A stretch of 64,000 nucleotides of DNA from Sedimentisphaerales bacterium. GTDB taxonomy: Bacteria > Planctomycetota > Phycisphaerae > Sedimentisphaerales > SM23-30. Location of the stretch: assembly GCA_963666285.1 (NCBI GenBank), contig OY762711.1; one strand, 5' to 3'. How positions within the stretch are numbered: the first letter of the stretch is position 1; every line of letters starts with the position of its first letter. A program made the translations under genes and the position numbers. The notes under the pieces were generated by a model. That model was not told the origin of the DNA. It saw nothing but the letters and a program-made list of their open reading frames with translations, and ran no database searches. Of the stretch, positions 45,503 to 56,602 are shown piece after piece.

Positions 45503-48500
45503 ATGAGAAGTTTAGTCAGAATTGTTGTTGTAATAGGATTGTTATGTTTTTCAGTTAATGCTGAATTAGTGCATCGATACAGTTTTTCCAGCGATGCTTC
45601 TGATTCAGTCGGTAGTGCTGATGGTGTTTTGGTCAACAATGGAGTTGATGCATATTATACCGGTTCATCCCTTGAAATGGGAAATACTGAGCAGCCAAAT
45701 TCAAACAGTACTCAACTTAACTATGTAGACTTGCCAAACGGTATTATTTCCAGTCTTGGCTCCGGGGCGACATTTGAAGCCTGGGTTACCTGGCATGGAC
45801 CTTCAACTTCATCCTGGCAGAGAATATTTGATTTTGGGACAAGTGATGCCGGAGAAGACTTAGCTACCGGCGGAACAAATTCTACATATTGTTTTATGTC
45901 TCCTTATTCAGGAAGTGGTACATATAGATTTGGACATCGTCGAGGAGCTGAATTAGGTGATGTTGTTGAGAATGTTATTGATTCTGCTACCTTGTCGGTA
46001 AATACTGAGGTACATGTAGCTGTTGTCTGGGACGATGTATTAGAGACTGTATATATGTACCAGGATGGTCAACTGGTTGCAAGCGGACCGTTGATTGTTA
46101 AGCTTGCTGATATACCTGATGTTAATAACTGGCTGGGACGCTCGCAATGGGCGGATACTGCGTTTAACGGCAGTTATAATGAGTTTCGTATATATAATGA
46201 AGCTTTAAGTAGTGGAATGATACAGGCCAGTTATGAATCAGGACCGGATTCTCCGATTACTACTTATATGATTCCAACTGACCCGTCTCCGGCTGATCAG
46301 GCAAAAACCGGGACTGCAACTCCGCTTCTTTCCTGGACCTCTGATTCCAGCAGCGATATTTCCAGTCATAATATTTATCTCGGAACAGATTACGCTTCGG
46401 TTCAAACTGCAACTACTGCTTCGACCGGAATATATCAAGGTCAGAGTTTATCAGGAAACACCAGCTTTCAGATTGTTAATGAGCTTGTTCCCGGCCAGAC
46501 TTATTACTGGCGTGTTGAAGAAGTAACTTCCGGATATACTTTTAGCAGTCCGGTCTGGAGCTTTAAAGTTGTGAGTACTAAGGCCTATGCTCCTCTACCG
46601 GCAAATAATGCTGATGGCATAGCTGTGCTAAACTCTATTCTGCAATGGCAGCCAGCTGAGGATGTTGTTGCTCACAGAATTTTATTGGGTACATCTGCAG
46701 GTTCGCTGCAAATAATAGAAGATAACTACGCTAATTCATCGTATTCTCTGGAAAGTCTTGATTATCAGACACAATATTATTGGCGTGTTGATGAAATTTA
46801 TGAAGATACATCTGTAGTTACCGGTAATGTCTGGTCTTTTATAACAAGACCATCTGTTATATCATGTTTGCCGGGTGATTTGAATGGCGACTGTAATGTT
46901 ACCATCAGCGACCTTGTGATATTTTCTCAGCAATGGCTCAATCAGGCTGGTTGTGTTGGTTATAGTGGTGATTGTGCCGATCTGGTTGGAAATGACGGCG
47001 TTAAGAACAATGATTTCGCAGTAATGGCTGGCCAATGGGAAAATCAAGGTGAATTTTCAGTTGTAATAAATGAAATACACTATCATCCTGATTCAAATAT
47101 CGAACAGGTTGAGTTTATTGAATTATATAATGCCGGTGTTCAGCCGGTAGATTTGAACGGCTGGTCTTTTGATGGTGCCGTGGATTACGATTTTCAGGGT
47201 GTACCGTTGTTGTATCCTGATGGTTATATTGTAATATGCAAGAATCAGGGAGACTTTTATACTAAGTATGGTTTCAGTGCGTACGGACCTTTTGAAGGTA
47301 AGTTAAGCAATGAAGGTGAAAATCTGATTTTAAGAAATGAGCTTGGTGATAAAGTTGATAGTGTTGATTATAATAGTGAGTTCCCTTGGCCGATAGCTGC
47401 AAATGGTGAAGGGGCTTCCATGGAATTGATTAATCCTCTGCTTGACAACAATCTAGCCGGCAGCTGGAGAAGTTCTGGCTTCAATCTAAATGAACGACCC
47501 GAGTTATCTTTTGGCTTACCTACACCTGGAGCTGTTAACAGTATATATTCTGCCCAGGTACCGCCTCATATTCGCCAGGTTAATCATAGCCCCAGTCAGC
47601 CTCTTTCCAGTGAGTCTGTCATAATAACGGCAAAGGTTACCGATCTTGATGGTGTTAGTAGTGTTGTCTTGAAGTATCAGGTAGTTACCCCCGGTAATTA
47701 CATCCCGGCTTATCTGCCTGTCGAGCATAGCTCACTTTTAACCGATCCGGATCAATTATGTCCGCAGAACCCGGATTTTGAAAATCCTGAAAATTGGGTT
47801 GCTGTTAATATGGTTGACGATGGCAGTGGGTTTGATGGAACAGCTGGTGATAATGTATATACAGTTGTTCTGGCCCCTCAAATCAATCGTACTTTGCTGC
47901 GATATAGAATTGAGGCCTCAGATACGTCTGGTAATTCAGTTCAAGTACCGTATGCAGATGATGAATCTTTGAATTTTGCCTGTTTCGTATATGATGGAGT
48001 TCCGGACTACGTCACAACCGATGCTTCTGTCCATTCCGATGGTGTTGGACATGCTTATAGCTCGGAGACGCTAACTTCGCTTCCTGTCTATACTCTGATT
48101 ACCAGGAACGAAGATTTATACGAATGTAACGGGTATAATTCGGCTGACCAGATAGACCAGTCAACAGCTTCTGCTGCTATTCAGGATGCAGGTCGAGCTT
48201 ATAACTGGGAAGGCTGTTTTGTATATGACGGCAATGTTTATGACCATATTGGATATCGTCTTCGCGGCGGAAACGGAAGATACAATAATGGGGCAGCTGG
48301 TAAACGCTCTATGAAATTCCGTTTTAACCGTGGAAATTATTTCCAGGCTCGAAATATATATGGTAAAAAATTCCCATCTAAATGGCAGCATCTGAATACT
48401 GGAAAAATGTTTGGTAACAAGATTGTTTGGGACTATTACCGAAAATATCCTTACGGCTTGAATGAAGTAATGAATATGCTGGTATTTGATATTGCTAATG

Positions 48501-51500
48501 TACCGTCAGCTCATACTTACTGGATGCATTTTCGTGTGATCGATGGCCCAACTGAGACACCTCTGGTAAGCGGCGGCCAATATAATGGCGATTTCTGGGG
48601 CCTTTATGTTGCCTTCGAAAATTATGATGGAGCTTTCCTTGACAGGCTGGGTTTGCCAAAGGGTAATTTATATAAGTTGTCTGATAAGGTTTATGAAGGT
48701 GAACGTCAGCTTCGTTATCAGGGACCGGATGCTGTCAGTGCTTCAGAAGATTATGAAAATATTCGCTGGAATCTTAATCATAACTCTACTGCTGAATTTA
48801 TTCGAAATTATATGGACTGTGGTGAATGGTATCGTTATCACACGGTAATCGAATCTATCAGGTCTTTTGATATTTTCTCCGGTGCCAGCTGTGTGCATTG
48901 TCTTAAGAACTCTGCCTGGTATTTCTATCCTGATTATACCGAAGCGAATAATAATTATGGTAAAGTCCAGTTTTTGCCGTTCGATGTTGATGATACCTGG
49001 GGACCATTCTTTAATTATGGTATTGACCACGGCAAAGCGGCTGTTCTTGATCAGTCTTTTGATAATGATCATGTTTTAGAGTATTTTGATCTGCAGCCGG
49101 AAAAATCATCGCTAAGACAGGAATATCGCAATTATATCCGCGAGTTCCGTGATCTGGTCTGGCAGCCTGAGGTGATTGATACGCTTATTTTGGATATGGC
49201 GTCAGTTATTATGGATTTTGTACCTGCTGATCGTGATCGATGGAAAGAAGATCCTACTTCCGGTGGTGCGATAGATAACGGTCCTTTTGATGACGGGCTG
49301 GCGTTAATGCAGCAGTTTGCATGGAGCCCTGGTTATTTCGATGGAATGTATTACTGGGAAGGTACTTCTAATCATTTGGACAGCCTTGCTGGTGATGAAG
49401 ATGATGATTCCTGTATTCCCTATACCCCGACTGTTAGCTATATAGGCTCAACTGGCTATCCGGAAAACGATTTATGGTTCCATACTACAGCTTTTGCTGA
49501 TCCTCAGGGAGTCGGTACTTTTGCCGCTATGAAATGGCGTATTGCTGAAGTCGAACCTTCTTCCGGACAGAGTGGACCTTATACTGTTAACCTGATCAAT
49601 AGTGAGGAAACCGATTGGAAATACTACAGGGCAATTGACAGCGGCCCATCGTATCCGGATGATGCGTGGACTGCCGCTGATTTTAATGACAATTCCTGGC
49701 AGATCGGGCAGACCAGTATTGGTTATGGTGACAACGATGACAATACAGACTTGAATGATCAGTCACCGGAAATGCAGGGGAATTACTATACGGTATATCT
49801 ACGTAAATCATTTGAGATACTTAATATGGATGATATTAGTTCTTTTGCTATGAGCTTGTATGTTGATGATGGTTGTATTGTATATATTAATGGCGTTGAG
49901 GTTGTTCGGCATTATTGCTCTGCCGGGGAAAAATCATGGAATTCAACTTCGGGCCAGACAGTAGATAATCCATCCTGGGAATCTGTGAAGCTTCTTTCTC
50001 CATACGACTATTTCGTTGAAGGTGACAATACAATCGCAATTCATGTATTGAATCAAGGGATAAACAGCTCAGATTTATCTATTGATGTCGAATTAACTGC
50101 GACATATGGAGGTGATTCGTCAGAAGCTCTTCCACTGGCACCACGGAAACTTGAAATTGATGCCCTATGGGAAAGTGATGATATAACAACTTATGACAGT
50201 GATATTTTAATGCCGGCAAATGGTGTCAAGCCGGGCCGCACATATCGTGTACGATGCAAGATGAAAGATGATACCGGCAGATGGAGTCACTGGTCGGATC
50301 CGGTCGAATTTGTCGCTGGGGAAGCGATTCCAAGCCCGCTCAGAGAACATCTTCGTATTACAGAGCTTATGTATAACTATGATGATGCTGAATTTATTGA
50401 ACTGTATAACAGCGGCACAGAGATATTGGATTTAAGTGATGTTTCATTTACCAGCGGCATAACATTCAGCTTTGCTGACTGTTTTATTCAAGCGATAGAG
50501 CCGGACAGCTACATATTGGTTGTTAAATATCTGGATGATTTTGAAGAACAATATGGCACCGGCTTCAATAATATTATTGCCGGTGAATATTCTGGTTCTC
50601 TTTCAAATGGTGGTGAAGTTATCAAGTTGGAAGACACCTGGGATGGCACTTTATCCGAATTTGAATACAATGATGCTCGAGGATGGCCTTTGGCGGCAGA
50701 TGGTGCAGGGCACTCTCTTATCCCGCAGGAATGGGCTATAGAAGATGAGCCGCTTGGTACCCTGAATTATGGTGGTAATTGGCGTGCCAGTTCCTTTATG
50801 GGTGGTTCGCCGGGTACTGCTGATCCGACTCCTGTTGTTAATGTTGTTATAAATGAAATTATGGCACACACTGACTTCAGTGACCCTGTAAATTACCCGG
50901 ACTATGACAGTAATGACTGGATAGAGCTGTTTAACAGCAGTGATTCTACGGTTATTTTTGATGGTAACTGGTATCTTAGTGATGAAAGTGATGAGTTAGA
51001 TAAATGGTCATTACCTGTATCTTCTTTGAATTCTCAAGATTATGTCAGTTATGACGAAATCTCTGGATTTCATTGTCCTATTAGTTCAGGATTTGGATTA
51101 GACAAATCTGGAGAAAAACTTTTCCTGTCATATTTACCGGGAGATGGTCAGGATCGTGTAGTCGATTGTATTGAGTTTAAGGGCCAGGAAAATTCCATTT
51201 CTATTGGCAGGTTTGCTGATGGCAAACAATATTGGTTTAGTTTTGATCAGCCGACAAAAGGCAGTGAAAATCTTAATCCGGCTGAGCATATTGTTATTAG
51301 TGAGATAATGTATAATACGGCAGATGGGCAATATGAATACATTGAACTAACGAATGTTACAGATTCGTCTGTAGATTTAACTGTTGATCTGCCTTTGGGC
51401 GGTGTTAGAGGCTGGGCTGTTGATGGTGCTGTTCAATATGAATTCCCTGCCAATGCTTCTATTAGTGCAGGTGAAATAGTACTTGTTGTTGATTTTGATC

Positions 51501-51832
51501 CGGCTGATTCAGCTTTACTTGACGATTTTGAGGCTTCTTATGGCATAAATGGCTTAACTGCCGGTGTCGATATTTTCGGGCCTTGGGATGGATCATTGTC
51601 AAACGATGGTGAACGTGTAACCTTTGAAAAACCTCAGGATTCAGATGACCCGTTAGAACCTCTGGAAGTGTCATGGGTTATTGTTGATGAGTGTATTTAT
51701 AATGACTATTGGCCTTGGCCTGTTGATGCTGATGGTACCGGGTTATCGCTTCAGAGGATTTCGAGTTCTGCTGCTGCTTCAGGTAATGATCCGGATAATT
51801 GGCAGGCAGCTGAGCCGGACCCTGGTCAGTAA
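45503..51832 (+). CDS. Secreted CotH-family kinase with LamG, Fn3-like, dockerin-like and multiple lamin-tail domains (2109 aa)
   Basis: Signal peptide; LamG (WQRIFDFG, NNWLGRSQW); LPGDLNGDCNV; lamin-tail starts VVINEIHY, LRITELMY, VVINEIMA, IVISEIMY; CotH motifs YRLRGG, KRSMKFRF, WGLYVAFE, PFDVDDTWG. Confidence 0.88.
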   Translation: MRSLVRIVVVIGLLCFSVNAELVHRYSFSSDASDSVGSADGVLVNNGVDAYYTGSSLEMGNTEQPNSNSTQLNYVDLPNGIISSLGSGATFEAWVTWHGPSTSSWQRIFDFGTSDAGEDLATGGTNSTYCFMSPYSGSGTYRFGHRRGAELGDVVENVIDSATLSVNTEVHVAVVWDDVLETVYMYQDGQLVASGPLIVKLADIPDVNNWLGRSQWADTAFNGSYNEFRIYNEALSSGMIQASYESGPDSPITTYMIPTDPSPADQAKTGTATPLLSWTSDSSSDISSHNIYLGTDYASVQTATTASTGIYQGQSLSGNTSFQIVNELVPGQTYYWRVEEVTSGYTFSSPVWSFKVVSTKAYAPLPANNADGIAVLNSILQWQPAEDVVAHRILLGTSAGSLQIIEDNYANSSYSLESLDYQTQYYWRVDEIYEDTSVVTGNVWSFITRPSVISCLPGDLNGDCNVTISDLVIFSQQWLNQAGCVGYSGDCADLVGNDGVKNNDFAVMAGQWENQGEFSVVINEIHYHPDSNIEQVEFIELYNAGVQPVDLNGWSFDGAVDYDFQGVPLLYPDGYIVICKNQGDFYTKYGFSAYGPFEGKLSNEGENLILRNELGDKVDSVDYNSEFPWPIAANGEGASMELINPLLDNNLAGSWRSSGFNLNERPELSFGLPTPGAVNSIYSAQVPPHIRQVNHSPSQPLSSESVIITAKVTDLDGVSSVVLKYQVVTPGNYIPAYLPVEHSSLLTDPDQLCPQNPDFENPENWVAVNMVDDGSGFDGTAGDNVYTVVLAPQINRTLLRYRIEASDTSGNSVQVPYADDESLNFACFVYDGVPDYVTTDASVHSDGVGHAYSSETLTSLPVYTLITRNEDLYECNGYNSADQIDQSTASAAIQDAGRAYNWEGCFVYDGNVYDHIGYRLRGGNGRYNNGAAGKRSMKFRFNRGNYFQARNIYGKKFPSKWQHLNTGKMFGNKIVWDYYRKYPYGLNEVMNMLVFDIANVPSAHTYWMHFRVIDGPTETPLVSGGQYNGDFWGLYVAFENYDGAFLDRLGLPKGNLYKLSDKVYEGERQLRYQGPDAVSASEDYENIRWNLNHNSTAEFIRNYMDCGEWYRYHTVIESIRSFDIFSGASCVHCLKNSAWYFYPDYTEANNNYGKVQFLPFDVDDTWGPFFNYGIDHGKAAVLDQSFDNDHVLEYFDLQPEKSSLRQEYRNYIREFRDLVWQPEVIDTLILDMASVIMDFVPADRDRWKEDPTSGGAIDNGPFDDGLALMQQFAWSPGYFDGMYYWEGTSNHLDSLAGDEDDDSCIPYTPTVSYIGSTGYPENDLWFHTTAFADPQGVGTFAAMKWRIAEVEPSSGQSGPYTVNLINSEETDWKYYRAIDSGPSYPDDAWTAADFNDNSWQIGQTSIGYGDNDDNTDLNDQSPEMQGNYYTVYLRKSFEILNMDDISSFAMSLYVDDGCIVYINGVEVVRHYCSAGEKSWNSTSGQTVDNPSWESVKLLSPYDYFVEGDNTIAIHVLNQGINSSDLSIDVELTATYGGDSSEALPLAPRKLEIDALWESDDITTYDSDILMPANGVKPGRTYRVRCKMKDDTGRWSHWSDPVEFVAGEAIPSPLREHLRITELMYNYDDAEFIELYNSGTEILDLSDVSFTSGITFSFADCFIQAIEPDSYILVVKYLDDFEEQYGTGFNNIIAGEYSGSLSNGGEVIKLEDTWDGTLSEFEYNDARGWPLAADGAGHSLIPQEWAIEDEPLGTLNYGGNWRASSFMGGSPGTADPTPVVNVVINEIMAHTDFSDPVNYPDYDSNDWIELFNSSDSTVIFDGNWYLSDESDELDKWSLPVSSLNSQDYVSYDEISGFHCPISSGFGLDKSGEKLFLSYLPGDGQDRVVDCIEFKGQENSISIGRFADGKQYWFSFDQPTKGSENLNPAEHIVISEIMYNTADGQYEYIELTNVTDSSVDLTVDLPLGGVRGWAVDGAVQYEFPANASISAGEIVLVVDFDPADSALLDDFEASYGINGLTAGVDIFGPWDGSLSNDGERVTFEKPQDSDDPLEPLEVSWVIVDECIYNDYWPWPVDADGTGLSLQRISSSAAASGNDPDNWQAAEPDPGQ

Positions 51833-51865
51833 TATCTGGTAATCATCCATTTTTATTGTTTTTAT

Positions 51866-51906
51866 ACTCTGTTTCTGTTATTCGAATAATGGAAACAGAG
51901 TTTTTT
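51866..51906 (+). terminator. Rho-independent terminator
   Basis: ACTCTGTTTCTGTTATT-CG-AATAATGGAAACAGAGT hairpin plus T run. Confidence 0.8.
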
Positions 51907-52124
51907 AATGTCCGGAATTGCTGAGGTTGGGGTTAGTTGGTTATATAAATGACGTAGATGTGGCTAAGTGTCTGATATTAAATGGCTTGTGATGTGTATA
52001 ATATTGTGTCTTTAATTTTTTGAAAAAAAAGTTTTTTTTATGTGTGAATTATCGGTTGGGATGCGGTTGCTTATTAAGAAGTTACTAATTGCATATATAT
52101 TCTATTATGCGAAAATAATCATAT

Positions 52125-52637
52125 ATGGAAAATAATCAAAATACAGCTTTTGTAGAGTTATATACTACTAATTATATCAGGATCAGGGCATTTATTCTGT
52201 CTTTAGTTCCTAATATTACTGAAGCGGATGATATCATGCAGGAAACATCACGCGTGATGTGGCAGAAGTTCGACCAGTACCAGCCCGGCACAAATTTCGC
52301 CTCCTGGGCTGTTACTATCGCTAAATATGAAGTTTTGAAATACAGAAGAACCTATAATTCCAAGGTTCCGCTCGGCTCTGATGTTATTGAAATTATGGCT
52401 GATGAAACTAAAGGGCCTGATATCGAGGAAAATGAGAGACTTGATGCTTTAAAAGGCTGTTTGAAAAAATTAAATGAAAAAGACCATAGTCTGATTCGTC
52501 ATCGATTTGAACAGAAAACAACTGCTAGGGAATTATCAAAGCAGTATGGCGTTGCCATGAATACTATATATCGAAATGAGATTAGAATTTTACGTGTTTT
52601 ACAAAGTTGCATAAAGAAATCACTGAGGGCAACTTAA
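52125..52637 (+). CDS. ECF sigma-70 factor (planctomycete/verrucomicrobial type)
   Basis: EADDIMQET...WQKFDQYQPGTNFASWAVTIAKY; LKGCLKKL; region 4 HTH. Confidence 0.92.
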   Translation: MENNQNTAFVELYTTNYIRIRAFILSLVPNITEADDIMQETSRVMWQKFDQYQPGTNFASWAVTIAKYEVLKYRRTYNSKVPLGSDVIEIMADETKGPDIEENERLDALKGCLKKLNEKDHSLIRHRFEQKTTARELSKQYGVAMNTIYRNEIRILRVLQSCIKKSLRAT

Positions 52638-52639
52638 TT

Positions 52640-54349
52640 ATGACTGATAATAATCAATATAAAGAGCTGGAACTCCTGATTATTCGTTCATTAGATGGTA
52701 CTATAACTTCTGATGAGTTTAGCAGGTTAAATGATATCCTTAGATCGGATGTTCAAGCCCGCAAAACTTACCGGTCATTTATGACTATGTATTGTGATCT
52801 GGAGATATCTTTGGGGATGTCAGAAGAGCTTAATTCTTCGGTTGCTTCGGATACGAACCAGGATATTAGCCAGGATTGCCTGGTCAGTCTCGCTGAATAC
52901 GAAAATAACGCACCGGCGATAGAAATTGAGCCGGTAGAAGATAATTCCGGTATTGTAGAAGAAGTTCAGATTGTTAAAGATAGAAAACAAAATAGTAGAT
53001 TTTATAGAATCTTTGATAAGTTTGTGTATATAGCCGCCGCTTTCATGATTATTTTTATTATCTATGCCGAAGTTTTTTCTCCTCAGTATACTGTGCCTGT
53101 AGCGTCTGTTATAGATCAAATAAATGTGAAATGGGGGAACGGTTCACACAACTTAAATAATAACGATAGAATACTGACTAATCAACCTCATTATGAAATT
53201 GAAAAAGGTATTATTAAAATCAGTTATGACAGTGGCGTGGATGTGATTATTGAAGGGCCTGCACGGTTTCAGTTTGAAAAACAGGGTATTGATATAAAGT
53301 ATGGCCGATTATACTCTTACGTGTCAAATACAGGTCGTGGTTTTACCGTTGATACCCCAAACAGCCGCTTTATTGACCTTGGCACTGAGTTTGGTGTTTT
53401 TGTTGATAAAAATGAGACTTCTGAACTACATGTATTGAAAGGTGAAGTGCAGTATTATTCCGGGCGGCCCGGCACGGATAAGGTTAGCAGGACAATTAAA
53501 GAAAATAATGCCAGGAGGTTTAATGCTGATACTGGCGAAGTTCAGGCAATCCCGGTAGCTGAAGAGTATTTTGCTCGCCAGGTAAATTCTAAAAGCGGGA
53601 TGATATGGCGGGGACAAAAGTCGCTTGACCTGACCAGTATAATTGCCGGCTTGGATGGTTTCACTCCGGTTAAATCTGCTAAAGGTATTAGTCCGCTCTC
53701 CGGCACATACGAATCTCCTTACTTTTATAAAGATACTGTTACTAATAATAAATATAACCTGTTCAATGATTCTTTATTTATTGATGGTGTCTTTGTGCCT
53801 GACGGAGGCAAAAACCTGGTTACTGTATCTTCGACTGGAATTACATTTAACTGTCCCAATACTTCCGGAAAGTATTCTCATAATATTTGTGTCTTTCGGG
53901 GTGGTTTAGGAAAGACTGATTCGACTATACTACCGCCGGTATTTAATAATCAGGATTATTCTCTGTTAGATGAACCTGTTTTATTCATGCATAGTAATTG
54001 TGGTTTGACTATTGACCTTCAAGCTATAAAAGATTCTAAACCGGAATTGAATCTTGACGGGTTTACTGCCTGGGGGGGCATCACTGAAGCGGCCAAAGAT
54101 GTCGAAGACGAACCTGATGTTAATTTCTGGATTCTTGTTGATGGCCAGATTAGATATAAAAAAGAGTTTCTAAAAATTGATGACGGTACTGTGGCTTTTG
54201 ATATTGATATTTCAAGCCAGGATCGTTTTTTGACAATCATAGTGTCTGACGCTCTAAAAGATCCTGATCGCAGGGATTATCCCTGGGGCAATGACTTCTT
54301 TTATCTGGTTAGCCCGCAAATTGAGTTAACGCATATTATTGATAATTAG
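52640..54349 (+). CDS. FecR-like anti-sigma factor with C-terminal NPCBM/NEW2-like domain
   Basis: Central TM; VIIEGPA, GFTVDTP...DLGTEFGV...HVLKGEV; C-terminal LFMHSN...VNFWILVDG...DRFLTI. Confidence 0.88.
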   Translation: MTDNNQYKELELLIIRSLDGTITSDEFSRLNDILRSDVQARKTYRSFMTMYCDLEISLGMSEELNSSVASDTNQDISQDCLVSLAEYENNAPAIEIEPVEDNSGIVEEVQIVKDRKQNSRFYRIFDKFVYIAAAFMIIFIIYAEVFSPQYTVPVASVIDQINVKWGNGSHNLNNNDRILTNQPHYEIEKGIIKISYDSGVDVIIEGPARFQFEKQGIDIKYGRLYSYVSNTGRGFTVDTPNSRFIDLGTEFGVFVDKNETSELHVLKGEVQYYSGRPGTDKVSRTIKENNARRFNADTGEVQAIPVAEEYFARQVNSKSGMIWRGQKSLDLTSIIAGLDGFTPVKSAKGISPLSGTYESPYFYKDTVTNNKYNLFNDSLFIDGVFVPDGGKNLVTVSSTGITFNCPNTSGKYSHNICVFRGGLGKTDSTILPPVFNNQDYSLLDEPVLFMHSNCGLTIDLQAIKDSKPELNLDGFTAWGGITEAAKDVEDEPDVNFWILVDGQIRYKKEFLKIDDGTVAFDIDISSQDRFLTIIVSDALKDPDRRDYPWGNDFFYLVSPQIELTHIIDN

Positions 54350-54469
54350 AAGTCGGACGCTATTTTAGCAAAAGTATTATAATATTTGGAGGATAGTTTA
54401 TGTAGTGTGTCGCATTTGTTAGGGTATTTTTCTTACAATTATAGTTATTTTGATTTTGGAGATTTTAAG

Positions 54470-56602
54470 ATGAAAAAGTTTAGAGTTGTTCTTTTTGTTG
54501 GTGTTTTGTGTCTTATGGTTTCTGCCTTGTTTGCTTTACCGCCGATTACAGATGGGCTTGTTATTCAACTGGATGCAAGAAGTCTGTCACTTACAGATGG
54601 CGATCCTGTTGCTGTATGGTCAGATCAATCTGGCGGGGGTAATGATGCAACTCAGGAAACTGCAGATAATCAGCCTGCATTTATTGTCAGTTCGGAAGAG
54701 TTTAACAATAGGCCGGTAGTTCGCTTTGATGGTTCTAATGATTGTTTGTTATTACCTTCAGATACAGATTGTCCTATTGATGTGACATCTTTTACAGTAT
54801 TAATATATGCTAAATTCAGCTCTATCGATGCAAATGCATATCTTATTGCCGGTCAGGCTTCTAGCGCAGATAATGGACGCCTGCGTATTTGTAATGACGT
54901 AGCTGGCGGTGGTTTCTTGTTCCGTGTTGGTAACTCAACCTGGAAAGGAATTGTCGCAACTGCCGATACTGACGTTCATAAATTCGCTGTAACTTCTACT
55001 GTTGAAGGTTTTGTCGATGGTGTAAGTATAAATACAACTACAAATACCTCTACTGATTATCCTCAGGCATTTAATCTTGGTTCATACAATAATGGAGAAA
55101 AAGACTTTTTTAATGGAGATATAGCTGAAGTACTGGTTTATAACCGTGTTTTAACTACCGAAGAATTAGAAACAATCAATACTTACTTCGAAGAAGGGTT
55201 CCTGCCAAATCCATCTCCGGTCGATGGTGATATATTAGTTCCTCTTGACACTGCTGTCTTGGCATGGGATACCCCGGATGTTGGTTTTACTCCTTCTAAA
55301 TATGTTTTGACTATGCGAGCTGATGATCCTAACTTCCTGGATACAGCAAACAATACTGTGATAGATCCTGTTGTTGACCTGAATTCTGATGCCGGAAGAG
55401 TTGAAGCTGCTATGCCGGTTACTTTGGACTATGGTATTTCTTATTACTGGCGTGTTGATGTTTTTGATGGCGATACTGAATATCCTGGAACTTCTCTGAA
55501 ATTTACTACAGCTCCTCTGGATAAGTTCCCTGTTGTTGATGCCGGCAGTAATTATATTACCTGGCTGGATAACCTTCCGCTGCAGATTACCGGTAGTATT
55601 GATGACAGTGGTGAAGGTGATGTTGCCGATGTTGATATTGAATGGTCTATTGTTGGTTATCCGGGTGATCCTGTAGATGCCGTTGCCCGCGTTTTGGATC
55701 GTGGTGTCGATTCGTCTGTTGCTGCTGAACTTAAAGATGCTGGTTATGATCCAAATATGCTGTCTGATTGGATTGGAACTGATGTTTCTCAAACTGGTAA
55801 TCCACTAGTAATTACTTTAAGCGATCTTCCTGCTGCAACTTATAGCTGGAAGTCATATCATCATGATTATAGTGACCAGACTGGTACATTTAATGTATAT
55901 GTTAATGGAGTTATGGTTGAAGAGGATGTTGATATTTCTGATGAAAATAATACTCCAACTGAATTTACAACAACATTTAACACTGATGGTACAGATGTTG
56001 AGCTGATATTCGAAAAAAATGAAGATGAGTATAATGCTAATGCTCCTGAATATAAAATCTTTGTAATAAATGCTTTTGAATTATCTGATAGTTCAAATAT
56101 ATTGAAGGTTGACTTTAATAAATTTGTTCCTTCTACAGTTGAAGGTGAACCTGATACGATATCTCCTACCGCAACTGGTTTTGTTGCTTATAATGCAACT
56201 AATGCTGATTTGTCTTCATTTATTTCTCAGAGCTATAGTTTGGGCTCTTCTACTGTAACAGTTCTGTCTGAGTGGGGAGCTATGGCTGCTGGCTTGATAG
56301 ATGCCGCTGTTACCAAGACATCTTCTGATCCGTTAAACCCGGCAGCTGAATTAACTGCAAATTATCCTGGCGAATATACTATCCAGTTGGCCGCTACAGA
56401 TAGTGCCGGACAGGCAGATTCTGATACTATGGTTGTTAATGTTGCCGCTGATGCCTGTGCAGCAGCTCAGCTTTCTGACAGCTGGGTAGAGTTCAATTAC
56501 TTTGATTTGGACCAGAACTGTGTTGTTAATTTAAGTGACTTTGCTGAATTTGCAGTTAGCTGGCTGGAAGACATTTCAGCTGTTTCTGTTGAAGCGTATT
56601 AA
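54470..56602 (+). CDS. Secreted LamG-like / PKD-like / dockerin-like protein
   Basis: Signal peptide; LDA...WSDQSGGGNDATQ; FNGDIAEVLVYNRVL; YYWRVD; FDLDQNCVVNLSDFAEFAVSWL. Confidence 0.82.
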   Translation: MKKFRVVLFVGVLCLMVSALFALPPITDGLVIQLDARSLSLTDGDPVAVWSDQSGGGNDATQETADNQPAFIVSSEEFNNRPVVRFDGSNDCLLLPSDTDCPIDVTSFTVLIYAKFSSIDANAYLIAGQASSADNGRLRICNDVAGGGFLFRVGNSTWKGIVATADTDVHKFAVTSTVEGFVDGVSINTTTNTSTDYPQAFNLGSYNNGEKDFFNGDIAEVLVYNRVLTTEELETINTYFEEGFLPNPSPVDGDILVPLDTAVLAWDTPDVGFTPSKYVLTMRADDPNFLDTANNTVIDPVVDLNSDAGRVEAAMPVTLDYGISYYWRVDVFDGDTEYPGTSLKFTTAPLDKFPVVDAGSNYITWLDNLPLQITGSIDDSGEGDVADVDIEWSIVGYPGDPVDAVARVLDRGVDSSVAAELKDAGYDPNMLSDWIGTDVSQTGNPLVITLSDLPAATYSWKSYHHDYSDQTGTFNVYVNGVMVEEDVDISDENNTPTEFTTTFNTDGTDVELIFEKNEDEYNANAPEYKIFVINAFELSDSSNILKVDFNKFVPSTVEGEPDTISPTATGFVAYNATNADLSSFISQSYSLGSSTVTVLSEWGAMAAGLIDAAVTKTSSDPLNPAAELTANYPGEYTIQLAATDSAGQADSDTMVVNVAADACAAAQLSDSWVEFNYFDLDQNCVVNLSDFAEFAVSWLEDISAVSVEAY

